A program made the position numbers and the translations under genes. From Sedimentisphaerales bacterium (GTDB lineage Bacteria > Planctomycetota > Phycisphaerae > Sedimentisphaerales > Anaerobacaceae): DNA of 64,000 nt. How positions within the stretch are numbered: the first letter of the stretch is position 1; each line of letters starts with the position of its first letter. Shown piece after piece: positions 42,545-55,877 of this stretch. The notes beneath the pieces are model-generated. The model saw only the letters and a program-made list of their open reading frames with translations. It did no database searches and was not told where the DNA came from. The DNA lies in contig OY970194.1 of assembly GCA_963708075.1 (NCBI GenBank), forward strand, positions 2,496,001-2,560,000, given 5' to 3'.

Positions 42545-44797
42545 TTACTTCTTCCCCGACACGACCTTGAAGTTGACGGATAGCTCACCTACGAGGGCCT
42601 TGAAATCGCCGGGCTCTATGACGGGCTTGTTGTCTCGTCCGATGAAGGCGAGGTCCTCCGGTTGCAGCTCAAATCGCAAGGTCTCCACCTGTTTGGCCTG
42701 CAACGAGACTTTCTGGAACCGCTTGAGGGATTTGACGGGCGGGGTCACCGAAGCCACCAGGTCGGATACGTACAGTTCGACGGTTTCCTTGCCCGGCCGA
42801 TCACCCGTGTTGACGACCTCCACGGTAACCGTCAGCGGCTCTTTCGCCGTAATCTCGCTCTTGCTCACCGCCAAGCCGCGATAGGCGAACGTCGTGTAGG
42901 ACAGCCCGAACCCGAACGACCACTGCGGGTCATACTTGTTGCCGCCCTTTTCCTCGCTGGGCTTGTGGTCGTACCAGGTGAAGCCGGCGGCGTATTTCGG
43001 ATAGGTGAACGGCAGTTTTCCGCTCGGGTTGGCGTCGCCGAAGAGGACGTCAGCCACGGCCTGCCCCCCTTCCATGCCGGGCAGATATGCCATCAGGATT
43101 GCCCGGGCGTCATCAACAATCGTGCGAATCACCCGCGGCCGGCCCTCCGCGAGGACCAACACGACGGGCTTGCCGGTCCCGGCCAAAGCCTTGACCAGCT
43201 TCAACTGCGGCTCGGTCATCGTCAGGTCTACAATATTGCCGGGCGTCTCGCAGTAGGCGGGCTCTCCGATGCAGGCGATAATGACATCAACGCCCCGAGC
43301 CGCAGCGACCGCGCCCGTGATATCCAACTCCTTATCGAAGGTCACGGCATCAACAAAGGTGACATTCTCCTTGCCTGCCTTCTTCTGGATCGCCTCCAGG
43401 ATCGTGTCCTTCTCCTGTGGATACAGATCCTCCCTGTCGCCCTGCCAGGTGATGGTCCAGCCGCTGTTCAGGACGGAGAGCTTGTTCGCACACGGACCCG
43501 TGACCAGCACTTTCCTGTCCTTGGCCAGCGGCAGTGTCTTTCCGTCGTTCTTGAGCAGCGTCATCGCCTCCTGGGCGGCCTGCAGGTTCACCTGCCGGGA
43601 GGCATCCGTGGCGAATCGCGGGATCAGGTTCTTGTTGGGATAAGGCTTCTCGAAGAGCCCGAGCATATACTTGACGCGAAGAATCCGGCTGACCGCCTCA
43701 TCGATCCGCTTCATCGGGACCTCGCCGTCGCGGACCAGCTCGATCAGCGTGTCATAGAAGCTGTAATCGTACGGCACCATGCTCATATCGACGCCTGCCA
43801 TGACAGCCATCTTCACGGCCTCGCGCCGATCCTTTGCCACCATCTCACGGGTATAGAGGTTCTCGATGTCGGCCCAGTCGCTGACGATGAAGCCGTCGAA
43901 GCCCAACTCGCCGTGAAGCAGGTCCGTCAGGTAGAACTTGCTCGAATGGACGGGGATGCCGTTGATCTCGGAGGAATTGGCCATGCAGGTGACGGCGCCC
44001 GCCTTGACCGCGGCGGCGAACGGCTTGAGGAAATATTCTCGCAACTGGCGGTCCGGAATGTATGCCGGCGTGCGGTCGTTGCCCGACCAGGGGAGGCTGT
44101 AGCCGAGATAGTGCTTCATGCACACGGCCACCTTGACGGCAGCGGAGATATCCTCGCCCTGCTGACCCTGAATATAAGCGGCCCCCATGATCGAAGCGAC
44201 GTAAGCGTCCTCGCCGAAGGTCTCGAAAACACGCGACCACATCGGCTGGCGCGCCAGGTCCAGGACAGGGGCGAAGTTCCAGGGAATGCCCGCCGCCCGC
44301 GTCTCCAGGGCTGAGATGACGCCGGCCTCGCGCATCAGCTCAGTGTTTCGCGTCGCCGCCATGGCGATATTCTGCGGGAAGATCGTCGCCCCGAGCACGT
44401 AATTGGCGCCGTGGATCGTGTCGATGCCGTAGATGATCGGGATGCCCAGCCGGGTCTCTTTCGTCGCCAGGTCCTGCATCTGCGTAATCATCTCCTGCCA
44501 GTTCTGCACGGTTCGTGCCTGGCCGCCGCAGTTGAGGATCGAGCCGAGATTGTGCCCGACGATCCCGTCACGCAGTTTCTTCGGGTCGAGAATCAGCGTG
44601 CCCTTCTTCTCTTCCTTGGAGAACTGCTCCAGCGTGATCTGCGTCATCTGCCCGACCTTTTCCTCGAGCGTCATCTTCGACACCAGCCGCTGGACCTTCC
44701 CGTCAATCTCCGACTGTTTCTTGTCGCGACTTTCCATACTCGAGCACCCCACGCCTGCAATCGCCAGAACTATCGAAAGAACCACCCGCTTCTTCAT
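42545..44797 (-). CDS. GH3 beta-glucosidase (lipoprotein)
   Basis: MTLEEKVGQM, DTIHG, ETFGED, KHY, GFIVSDW, LLKN, FGFGLSYTTF, Fn3-like tail; lipobox GVGC. Confidence 0.93.
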   Translation of the reverse strand: MKKRVVLSIVLAIAGVGCSSMESRDKKQSEIDGKVQRLVSKMTLEEKVGQMTQITLEQFSKEEKKGTLILDPKKLRDGIVGHNLGSILNCGGQARTVQNWQEMITQMQDLATKETRLGIPIIYGIDTIHGANYVLGATIFPQNIAMAATRNTELMREAGVISALETRAAGIPWNFAPVLDLARQPMWSRVFETFGEDAYVASIMGAAYIQGQQGEDISAAVKVAVCMKHYLGYSLPWSGNDRTPAYIPDRQLREYFLKPFAAAVKAGAVTCMANSSEINGIPVHSSKFYLTDLLHGELGFDGFIVSDWADIENLYTREMVAKDRREAVKMAVMAGVDMSMVPYDYSFYDTLIELVRDGEVPMKRIDEAVSRILRVKYMLGLFEKPYPNKNLIPRFATDASRQVNLQAAQEAMTLLKNDGKTLPLAKDRKVLVTGPCANKLSVLNSGWTITWQGDREDLYPQEKDTILEAIQKKAGKENVTFVDAVTFDKELDITGAVAAARGVDVIIACIGEPAYCETPGNIVDLTMTEPQLKLVKALAGTGKPVVLVLAEGRPRVIRTIVDDARAILMAYLPGMEGGQAVADVLFGDANPSGKLPFTYPKYAAGFTWYDHKPSEEKGGNKYDPQWSFGFGLSYTTFAYRGLAVSKSEITAKEPLTVTVEVVNTGDRPGKETVELYVSDLVASVTPPVKSLKRFQKVSLQAKQVETLRFELQPEDLAFIGRDNKPVIEPGDFKALVGELSVNFKVVSGKK

Positions 44798-44916
44798 AGC
44801 ACCATTCCCTTTCCATTCGCGATCAGTCATATCCAGGGCTCCCGCCCTGAATGTGCACGACATGGTAGCAGAGAATTGGAGAGTCGAAAACAGAAAACTC
44901 GCCCGAATGGGATACG

Positions 44917-45248
44917 CGGGTGCGGCCGACATTCGGTGGCGGGTTCCGATTCCACCGGACCCAAGAGCGCACCCCGGTCTTCTGTCGCCCCTGCGGGGCT
45001 TTGAGATAGGATTGGCTATCGGCACCCACCGTTGAAACGGTGGGCTATTGTCGATCGCCCCTGTGGGGCGGATGGGCTGACGCAGGAGGACTGGGGCGCA
45101 GTCGAAGCCCGCAGGGCGACAGAGAATAGCCCAGCGATTCATCGCTGGGGAACCGGGGCCAAGGATAAAAACCAGTCCCGTAAGGGACGAAAGAGGGGCG
45201 ATCCGCACACGGCGGCTACACGCCGCCACCGTATTCCGACCGCACCCG
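44917..45248. mobile_element. Composite palindromic MITE/BIME-like element, copy 2 (inverted)
   Basis: Reverse complement aligns along its whole length with 37064..37387. Confidence 0.75.
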
Positions 45249-45271
45249 GATATGCTGCAGTGAGAGGGTGC

Positions 45272-48103
45272 CTATCCCGCGGCGCGAATGGCGGCGAGGA
45301 GCTCTTCGGACGGACCACTCTTGGACAGGTATGCCGCGGCGCCGGCGTTGCGCATGCGTCGCGACACGTGCGAGTCCTCGAACATGGATAGCGCGATCAC
45401 CCGCGTGTTCGGCAGGTGCTTTCTGATTTGCCGCGTGGCCTCATCGCCGGCCATTACCGGCATGGCGACGTCCATGACGACAACATCGGGCGCGAATTGA
45501 TAGGCCAGATCGACGGCCTCGCGGCCGTTGCCGGCCTGGCCGACGACCTCGATGTCATGCTCTTCATCCAGCATGGCCGCCAGGCCTTCTCGCATGACCC
45601 TGTGGTCGTCGGCGAGCAGCACCCGCACCCGCTTGTCCCCCGAGCGTTTCGCGCGTTTCTTGCGTACTGCCGGAGCGGGCATGCTGATCTCGTCGAGTCC
45701 CTCATACTGCTCATCCTCCGCTTTACCGGCTCCGGGATCGGGCACGGAGATGACAAAGACGCTCCCCTTGCCGGGGGCGCTCCTGATCCTCATGCGGCCG
45801 CCGAGTAACTCGATGCGCTCACGCACACTCAGCAGCCCGAAGCCGGCGGTCTTTTCGAGTTCCTGCGGATCGAACCCGCGGCCCTTGTCGGACACGCACA
45901 CCCACAGATGCCCGTGCGCGCGGCGCAGACGAAGCCACGCCTCCTTGACCTTCGCATGCTTGATCACGTTGAACAGCATCTCCTGGACTGTCTTGTAGAG
46001 GAAGGCCTTGAGCGGCTCGGACCCCACGTGGATCGCCTCCATGTAATCCAGATGGACCACCAGGCCGTGCTTGGCCTTCACCTGCTCCGCCACCCATTCG
46101 AAGATCTCGCACAGGTCGCTCTGTCCCAGTACCGGCGGGTTCAGCTCGTGCGACAGGCTGCGGGACTTGCCGATGGCCTCCACGAGCAACTGTTTCACCT
46201 CCGCGGTCATCTCCTGCACCGTCTGCTCATTCTTGAACCGGCCGCCCAGCAGACCAAGCTGGAACTTGGCCGCGGCCAGGATCTGCTGCAGGTCATCGTG
46301 CAGAAGCTCCGCCAGGCGCTTGCGCTCGCGGTCCTCCGCCTGCGACAGCTCCAGCGCCAAATGCTGGAGCTGGCGGGTCCGCTGCTCCAACTCCTGATAT
46401 GCGCTCTGCTGCTCCGTGACGTCTTCGAGATTGAGCACGAGCAACTGCACCTCATTTGCGTCGTCCAGCAAGGGCGTCAACTGCCAGTTCCAGTAGGTCA
46501 GACGCCGCGGGCCCTTCGGATAAGCAAAGGGCTTGGCGTAAGCCCGGTACGGCTGCTTCGTCTGCACCACCTGCTCGAAGATCACCCGGTTCTCCTCATC
46601 CGGATACAAGTCGAAGTGATTCTTGTCGACGAAGTACTCCGGCGTCTTGGCATCCGCCCTGGCATACGCCTCGTTGACGCGAACGAAGTTGAAGTCGCGA
46701 TCCATGAAGGCCAACGGTGTGATCGTGTGCTCGAAGAAGCCTTCGAGCATCTGCGTGCTCTTTTGCAGCTTACCCTCGGTCTGCACCCTTCGCGTGATTT
46801 CACCACGCAAATGGTTCACTGTACTCGTCAATTGCGAGGTGCGTGATCGCACCTGCTCGCTCAGGCGATCGTTCCATTGACGCAGCTCCTCCTCCATCTG
46901 CTTTCGCCCGGTGATGTCCCGCACGACGCCCGTCAGATATATGGGCCGACCCATCCCATCCTTCTCCACGGCCAGGCAATCCGCCAGCCAGCGGTATTCC
47001 TCATCTTTGCACCGGAACCGATACTCCAGGCCGCCCTGGCCTTGAGCCATGGCCTCCGCCAACTCCCTGCGCACTCGCTCCGCATCCTCCGGATGAACCC
47101 GGCCGAACACCTGATCGAGCGAAAGCTCGCTCATCTCCTGGGCCGAAAAGCCCAGGATCTTCTCGACCACGGGACTGATGTAATCGTAGCGGCCATTCCG
47201 CAGATCCCGTCGATACGCGACATCGAGCGAATTCTCGAGCACGGCCCGGAACCGCCGCTCGCTCCCGCGCAGAGCCTCCTCGAACCGCCTGCGATCCGTG
47301 ATGTCCTGCACAGCGCCGACCATCCGAAGCGGGCGCCCCTGCTCGTCGAGTTCGATTTCCGCATGCTCCAGAACGATCCGCTCCGTACCGTCCGGGCGAA
47401 TGATCCGATGTTCGATCTCGTAGGGTTGCTTCTCTGTTATTGCTCGCGCCACGGCATCCTCGACCCGCTGCCGGTCATCGGGATGCACGTGCTGGAAGAA
47501 CAAGTCATTAGTCACCTCGACTGAGCCCGGCTCGTACCCGAAGATGCGATAGACTTCATCACACCATTGCAGAGGGTCCCTGTTGAGCTCGCTGGAGTTC
47601 TGGGTGAACTCGATACTCCAAGCGCCGAGATTCGCCATCTTGCCGGCTTGCATCAGAACTGTTCGATTGCGTTTGAGGGTTTCCTCTGTGCTTTTGCGCT
47701 CGGTGATGTCCGTGAGAAACAGGATCAGGCCTCTGTCGACCGGGTAGCATCGGCATTCATACCAGCGTTGCAGCGCGGCGCAGTACTCCTCAAACTTCAC
47801 AGATGCCCTCTGCTCCGCGGCGAGAGTGAGTTCTCTGTAGGACCGCGATTGCTGCAATTCCGGCAAGGCCTCCCAGACTACTTTGCCAATAAATTCTCCA
47901 GGCACGGTCCCGAGAAGTGTAGCTGCCGTCTTGTTGACGTATGTACAGCGCCAGTCTCTGTCGATGACAACGAGCCCATCCTGAATGCTCTCAAGCACGG
48001 CGGTGAGATGAGGAAGGCTCCGCGCCGCCTGCACGTCGCGCACTTCATCCGCTATCTCGCTGCTCGGATTCTTTGCCATGTTATGCTTCTCTACAGAATC
48101 CAC
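45272..48103 (-). CDS. Cytoplasmic multi-PAS hybrid histidine kinase (HisKA_3 + HATPase + REC)
   Basis: About 4 PAS/PAC domains; ERKRLAELLHDDLQQ; NVIKHA, DKGRGF, GFGL; RVLLADDH...MDVAMP. Confidence 0.92.
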   Translation of the reverse strand: MDSVEKHNMAKNPSSEIADEVRDVQAARSLPHLTAVLESIQDGLVVIDRDWRCTYVNKTAATLLGTVPGEFIGKVVWEALPELQQSRSYRELTLAAEQRASVKFEEYCAALQRWYECRCYPVDRGLILFLTDITERKSTEETLKRNRTVLMQAGKMANLGAWSIEFTQNSSELNRDPLQWCDEVYRIFGYEPGSVEVTNDLFFQHVHPDDRQRVEDAVARAITEKQPYEIEHRIIRPDGTERIVLEHAEIELDEQGRPLRMVGAVQDITDRRRFEEALRGSERRFRAVLENSLDVAYRRDLRNGRYDYISPVVEKILGFSAQEMSELSLDQVFGRVHPEDAERVRRELAEAMAQGQGGLEYRFRCKDEEYRWLADCLAVEKDGMGRPIYLTGVVRDITGRKQMEEELRQWNDRLSEQVRSRTSQLTSTVNHLRGEITRRVQTEGKLQKSTQMLEGFFEHTITPLAFMDRDFNFVRVNEAYARADAKTPEYFVDKNHFDLYPDEENRVIFEQVVQTKQPYRAYAKPFAYPKGPRRLTYWNWQLTPLLDDANEVQLLVLNLEDVTEQQSAYQELEQRTRQLQHLALELSQAEDRERKRLAELLHDDLQQILAAAKFQLGLLGGRFKNEQTVQEMTAEVKQLLVEAIGKSRSLSHELNPPVLGQSDLCEIFEWVAEQVKAKHGLVVHLDYMEAIHVGSEPLKAFLYKTVQEMLFNVIKHAKVKEAWLRLRRAHGHLWVCVSDKGRGFDPQELEKTAGFGLLSVRERIELLGGRMRIRSAPGKGSVFVISVPDPGAGKAEDEQYEGLDEISMPAPAVRKKRAKRSGDKRVRVLLADDHRVMREGLAAMLDEEHDIEVVGQAGNGREAVDLAYQFAPDVVVMDVAMPVMAGDEATRQIRKHLPNTRVIALSMFEDSHVSRRMRNAGAAAYLSKSGPSEELLAAIRAAG

Positions 48104-48519
48104 AATGCACGGACCGCCTCAACGGTGTAAATGGAACCGGTTGGAAACGCGCCCACTTGATGGTGTGAAGGTGCACGAGCCGTCCAATGCAAACCATCAA
48201 ATCTCTACTCTGTTTAATATCACGCCTGCGCTGCATACGGATGGCGAGAAATCGGTGTTCAGATACAGGGGAGGAAAGCCGGTCATTCGCGGGATTGTTC
48301 GACCAAACCGTGATCTCGCCCGCTGTATTTATGCTTTCTCGCTTATCTCGTGTATTCCCACGGGAGGAGTCTCTCAGACCTGTAAAACCGATGGTACAGA
48401 GCCAACCGGCCGGCCGTGTTGCCGTAAAAATTTTCCGGTGAAATCCTCCTCGCCTCGAACCTCTGCGGGCAAACCCTCGTAATTTTATCAGACGTGAAAA
48501 CTTAGAGTTATCTTTGGGT

Positions 48520-48547
48520 TAAAGTCCCGTTGAATAGCTGCCGATAC
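48520..48547 (+). promoter_or_regulatory. sigma28 (FliA)-like promoter
   Basis: TAAA-N16-GCCGATAC. Confidence 0.5.
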
Positions 48548-48584
48548 GGACAATAGCCCAATAGAAGATTTTTCTCCCCTCCGG

Positions 48585-48625
48585 AAAACGTCGGGTAGCT
48601 TCGGGTTACCCGATGTTTTCTTTTT
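48585..48625 (+). terminator. Intrinsic terminator hairpin (could also serve convergent secA)
   Basis: AAAACGTCGGGTAGC-TTCGG-GTTACCCGATGTTTT followed by CTTTTT. Confidence 0.8.
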
Positions 48626-48685
48626 ATAGGCAAATCACGGCCTCTGTCTCACATTTCCCTACACGGCGATGGGGAATCTCCCTAC

Positions 48686-52183
<3,498 letters not shown>

Positions 52184-52295
52184 TCCCTGTGCTCCAAATC
52201 CGTGATACTTCTTTCTTCCACGTTGCTCGAAGGTTGACTTCCTGGAGACGCCCGCGATGACGCATCTCATCCGGCCGCCCTCCAATCCGGGGGCC

Positions 52296-52324
52296 AGTAT
52301 GGCAGAATCGAGGAGGGATGTCAA
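52296..52324 (-). promoter_or_regulatory. sigma70-type promoter for secA
   Basis: TTGACA-N17-CATACT with an extended TG. Confidence 0.65.
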
Positions 52325-52454
52325 GAAAGCCCCAGGCGTGCAGAGCAGTGGTTCCCAAGCGCGCCGCACAGTGGGCAGGGAATCCCAATCTCCGCCGGAT
52401 GCATCGCGTGCGCTTACTCAATATACTATCCTGGCCGGTTCCCTTGTTCGATGG

Positions 52455-54357
52455 CTACTGGGATATACTGGACTTGCTCGCCTCGACGGTGCCGCCGTAG
52501 GCGCCCATGTTGATCGTGAGGCCGTTCGGGAATATCTCATGGCCGTACGCAACATCCGGATCGCCCGCGTCGATGCATGGGCTGGCTACCTCATCCCGCA
52601 CCCATTTGCGTATCTTTGGGTCCCAGCGACCCGCCTGCGATTGCAGATGATAATCGCCCATGATCCAGACTGCATCGGGATCATCCGGCTTGACTGCTGT
52701 ATTCGGATCATTGCGGCTCACCCACTGGTCCCCGGCGGCAAAGAGCGGGTCGGCGTCAAGATTGCCCATGCCCACCCAGCCGCCGGAGAGGGTGCTGTAG
52801 CGAATCACAGGCTCTTTGACCCCGTCGGACAGAATCTCCCTTGGCGTGTTGCCCCAGAGAATTGAATTGACGATCGTCACAGGACTGTTGTGCAGGGACA
52901 GGGCCGCGCCAAACGCCCCCGCCTGATTGTCGGCAATCGTGCAGTTTATGAATTGGGCATCGCTGTCCGCGCAGTAGATTGTCGAACCGCCCGAATCGCT
53001 CGCGCGATTGCCCGTCACCAGGCAGTTGGCAAGGGTTGGACTACTGGCGGTACATTGAATCGCTGCGGCGAGGCGGTTCTCTGCCGCCGGTAATCACCAG
53101 ACCCCGCAATGTACAGTCAGGCCCCTCGCCATGAGTGAAACTGACGACGGGGCCCGTTCCATCGCCGTCAACCACCGGCCACGCCGCGGCCTTGGTATTC
53201 GCCGGATCGAATCCCGTCACCTGGATTCGCTTGCCGAGCAGATCGACGATCTCTCGATAAGTCCCTGCATGCACAAAGACGATTGAACCATCCTCGGCGG
53301 CATTGATTGCCTCCTGGATTCGATCAAAGGGATGATTGGAGGTGCCATCCTCCTGCAGATCACTGACCCGCGGGTCGTCCAAGCCGGGGTCGAATGGACC
53401 ATCGTCATCGACGTGGATGATGCGTGCCTCCGCCACAGGGTCGTCCGGAGTCTCCTCCACAACGTTGGGGTCCTCCACGGGGGCGAAGTCTGCCCGGATT
53501 TCCAGGTCGTGCTCGATGGAGAGAAATATCGGGTTTTCCGACGCCGTATAGGTTCCGGAGAAGCCAACGAATACGAAGCCGGGATCGGCCTCGGCCCTCA
53601 GAAAGATAATCTCACCGTTATCGTACACGAATTCGCCTTCCCCCGGCTCTGTGATGGATCCGCCCTTCGTGGAGGAGAGCACCACCCGGCGCCGAGCGCA
53701 GGAATTGTACTCGATGGTGATGCCTGGGTTGTTCGCGATGATCTGCGGGATGTAAGTGGCACAGGCGTCCGGGTCCAGCGGATTGCCCCGCAGGTCCACG
53801 AACCCAAGGCTCGCCAGACTGCACAGGGGTGAGACATCACGGATTTCGTTGTACTGAAGGCTGATCCCCTGCAGATTTGTCAGGCCGGAGAGAGGGGAGA
53901 TGTCGCTAATCTCATTCCATTCGAGATACAGGTGCTCGAGTTTCACCATGCCGGACAATGCGGAGATATCGCTGATGCGATTATCGCGGATAATCAGCAT
54001 CTCCATGTTCGTGAGTCCGGCCAAGGGCGAGATATCGCTGATGACGAGATTCGCGTGAGCGTCAAGATACCTCAGGTTCGTCAGACTGGACAGGGGCGAA
54101 AGGTCGCTGATCCGGTTCCATCGAATCCACAACTCCTCCAGATTCGTGGCATACTCCAGGCCCGACAGGTTGGTTATTCCCTTCCTGTCCGCCAGCAGCG
54201 AAGTCAACCCCAGCATATCCTCCGGCGTTGGGTCCGATATCCATAGTTCCTCTTCCACCGCCGCCTTGAGATGGGGATCGGCAAACTGGACCGGGTCCGC
54301 AGCCCACACGGAGGCCAGCACGAACAATAGTGACGGCGCAAGCAAGGCTGTGCTCAC
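52455..54357 (-). CDS. Secreted internalin-like LRR + InlB B-repeat + beta-helix protein, frameshifted near 53080
   Basis: Signal peptide; ISDLSPLSSLTNL repeats; GGSITEPGEG..Y...AEADPGFVF; PFDRIQEAI; frame continues as AIQCTASSPTLANCLVTGN into ORF 52455..53018 (SPCIDAGDP, INMGAYGGT). Confidence 0.8.
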
Positions 54358-54562
54358 ATCTCCTCCCGAGCAGAGTTCCTATGGAATGTCAACTACGCAT
54401 CTGCACTGCCGGCGACACATACCCGGAGAGATCAGTATAGCACTTTTCTCCTCGGATTTCGAGAGGAAAGACTCTGAAAGAGCTGCAAAGGAACGACCGG
54501 CCAGGAAGAAGATGCCCCGGAAGGAGCCCCGTAAACCCTTACAGAGAGGGTGATTAGAGGAA

Positions 54563-54636
54563 TGGGCGGTACAAGATTTGAACTTGTGACCTCGTGCGTG
54601 TCGAGCACGCGCTCTAGCCAACTGAGCTAACCGCCC
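54563..54636 (-). tRNA. tRNA-Val(GAC)
   Basis: GGGCGGT acceptor stem, GCTC/GAGC D-stem, CGTGC-TCGACAC-GCACG anticodon arm, TTCAAAT T-loop; CCA not encoded. Confidence 0.95.
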
Positions 54637-54776
54637 TTGCCTGATTTTCCGTCGTTAGTATGAGCGATGCGGACGGCAAAATCAAGAACTTTTGCGGAAT
54701 TCCACAAAATATGGGCGTGCAGTATCCGCCGGAGCCGGCCAATGCCGGCAAAGGACTCCAGCGGCCGAGGGCAGAA

Positions 54777-55289
54777 TCAGAAAGGCAGATTCCTTCGGAC
54801 TACGGCAGCGGCCGCGAGGGTGCGATAGAAATCGCCGCTCCGGACAGTCAGAGAGATCTCTACGCTCTTGCAGTCCATCCCGTCGTCCGTAGGGGTCTTG
54901 GTGAACGTGGCAGCCGTGACGTTGTCGCACAGGACGTACTGACGGCTGTCGCTGTTGGTAATCAGGTAGAGCTTCCCGTCGGTGCCGTTGAACAGGTAGC
55001 TGATATCCTCGTCCGCGGCAGTGTAGAAATTGCACCGGTTGGCGGCGGCGCTGGGATCGATCGTGTGCCCTGTGCGGAGCTGGCTGGTCATTCGCGTCAG
55101 CGCCTGGCGGGCGTTGTTGATGGTCTCGTACATCTGCTCATTTTCGCCGTAGTTGATCACGGAGGCATGAAAAGCCGTCGCCAAAGCGGTAAGCAGTATG
55201 GCCGAGATGGCCAGGCCGATCAGGCATTCGACGATCGTGAACCCCTGGGGCAACCTCTGATGTTTGATTTTTGATCTTTGATTTCTCAT
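54777..55289 (-). CDS. Prepilin-type minor pilin/pseudopilin
   Basis: QG|FTIVECLIGLAI class III signal. Confidence 0.88.
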   Translation of the reverse strand: MRNQRSKIKHQRLPQGFTIVECLIGLAISAILLTALATAFHASVINYGENEQMYETINNARQALTRMTSQLRTGHTIDPSAAANRCNFYTAADEDISYLFNGTDGKLYLITNSDSRQYVLCDNVTAATFTKTPTDDGMDCKSVEISLTVRSGDFYRTLAAAAVVRRNLPF

Positions 55290-55340
55290 GCGTGTACTCT
55301 GATTGAAAAACGTGGCTTCAAACATCAAACATCAAACTTC
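55258..55340. repeat. Two opposed heptamer tandem tracts
   Basis: tgatgtt tgatttt tgatctt tgatttc and tcaaaca tcaaaca tcaaact. Confidence 0.75.
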
Positions 55341-55358
55341 GCACTCGCAACTCCCACG

Positions 55359-55850
55359 TCAATATCGTGCTCGAATCCAGTTCGTCGAGCTGATCTGTTG
55401 GCCGTTCTGCAGAATAATCACCGTGATGCGGATGAATGCGCTCGAATGATCGGCAACCACCATGTCGAAATTGGTGGGACTGAGATTCTGAACGGTCATC
55501 TGCTGGGTATAACTGCCCAGATCCGTCAGGGCCACCCTGTTCGCACTGATGGGCGGCGAAAACGTCGCACTGTCGAAGTCATCGACATCGTCATAGGCGG
55601 TCAGACCCGTCTCCTCCGGGCCAAATGTCGCGGTCACTGTCTCCGGATCCACGACGGGCAGGAGCACCGTCAACTCCCGAACCTGTTCGATCAGGAACTC
55701 GGCGGTGGAGAGGTCCGCTCCGAAGCTGTTGGCCTGCGTAAAGGATTGGCTTGCCACGACCAGGGCCGTGACCGACAATCCAACCAGCACAACGGCAATC
55801 ATAGCCTCAATCAGAGAAAACCCTTTGGGGCTTCGCACTGCAGCCATCAT
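55359..55850 (-). CDS. Prepilin-type minor pilin (PilV-like)
   Basis: KG|FSLIEAMIAVVLV; YDDVDDF motif. Confidence 0.88.
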   Translation of the reverse strand: MMAAVRSPKGFSLIEAMIAVVLVGLSVTALVVASQSFTQANSFGADLSTAEFLIEQVRELTVLLPVVDPETVTATFGPEETGLTAYDDVDDFDSATFSPPISANRVALTDLGSYTQQMTVQNLSPTNFDMVVADHSSAFIRITVIILQNGQQISSTNWIRARY

Positions 55851-55877
55851 TATACCCCCCGAAAAATGTCCCCGAGC

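Noticed and set aside
44798..45229. 143-aa N-terminal extension of the GH3 ORF (likewise ORFs 37027..37410 and 37129..37587)
   Set aside because: These translate the repeat element; the real start with a lipoprotein signal is at 44797.
48465..48615. c-di-GMP-I riboswitch (GGCAAACC...GGTTACC)
   Set aside because: No GAAA tetraloop / GACGCAAAGC core, and no downstream plus-strand gene.
52455..54562. Genomic island integrated at tRNA-Val
   Set aside because: No integrase, and I found no duplicated tRNA 3' end (att site) in the window.
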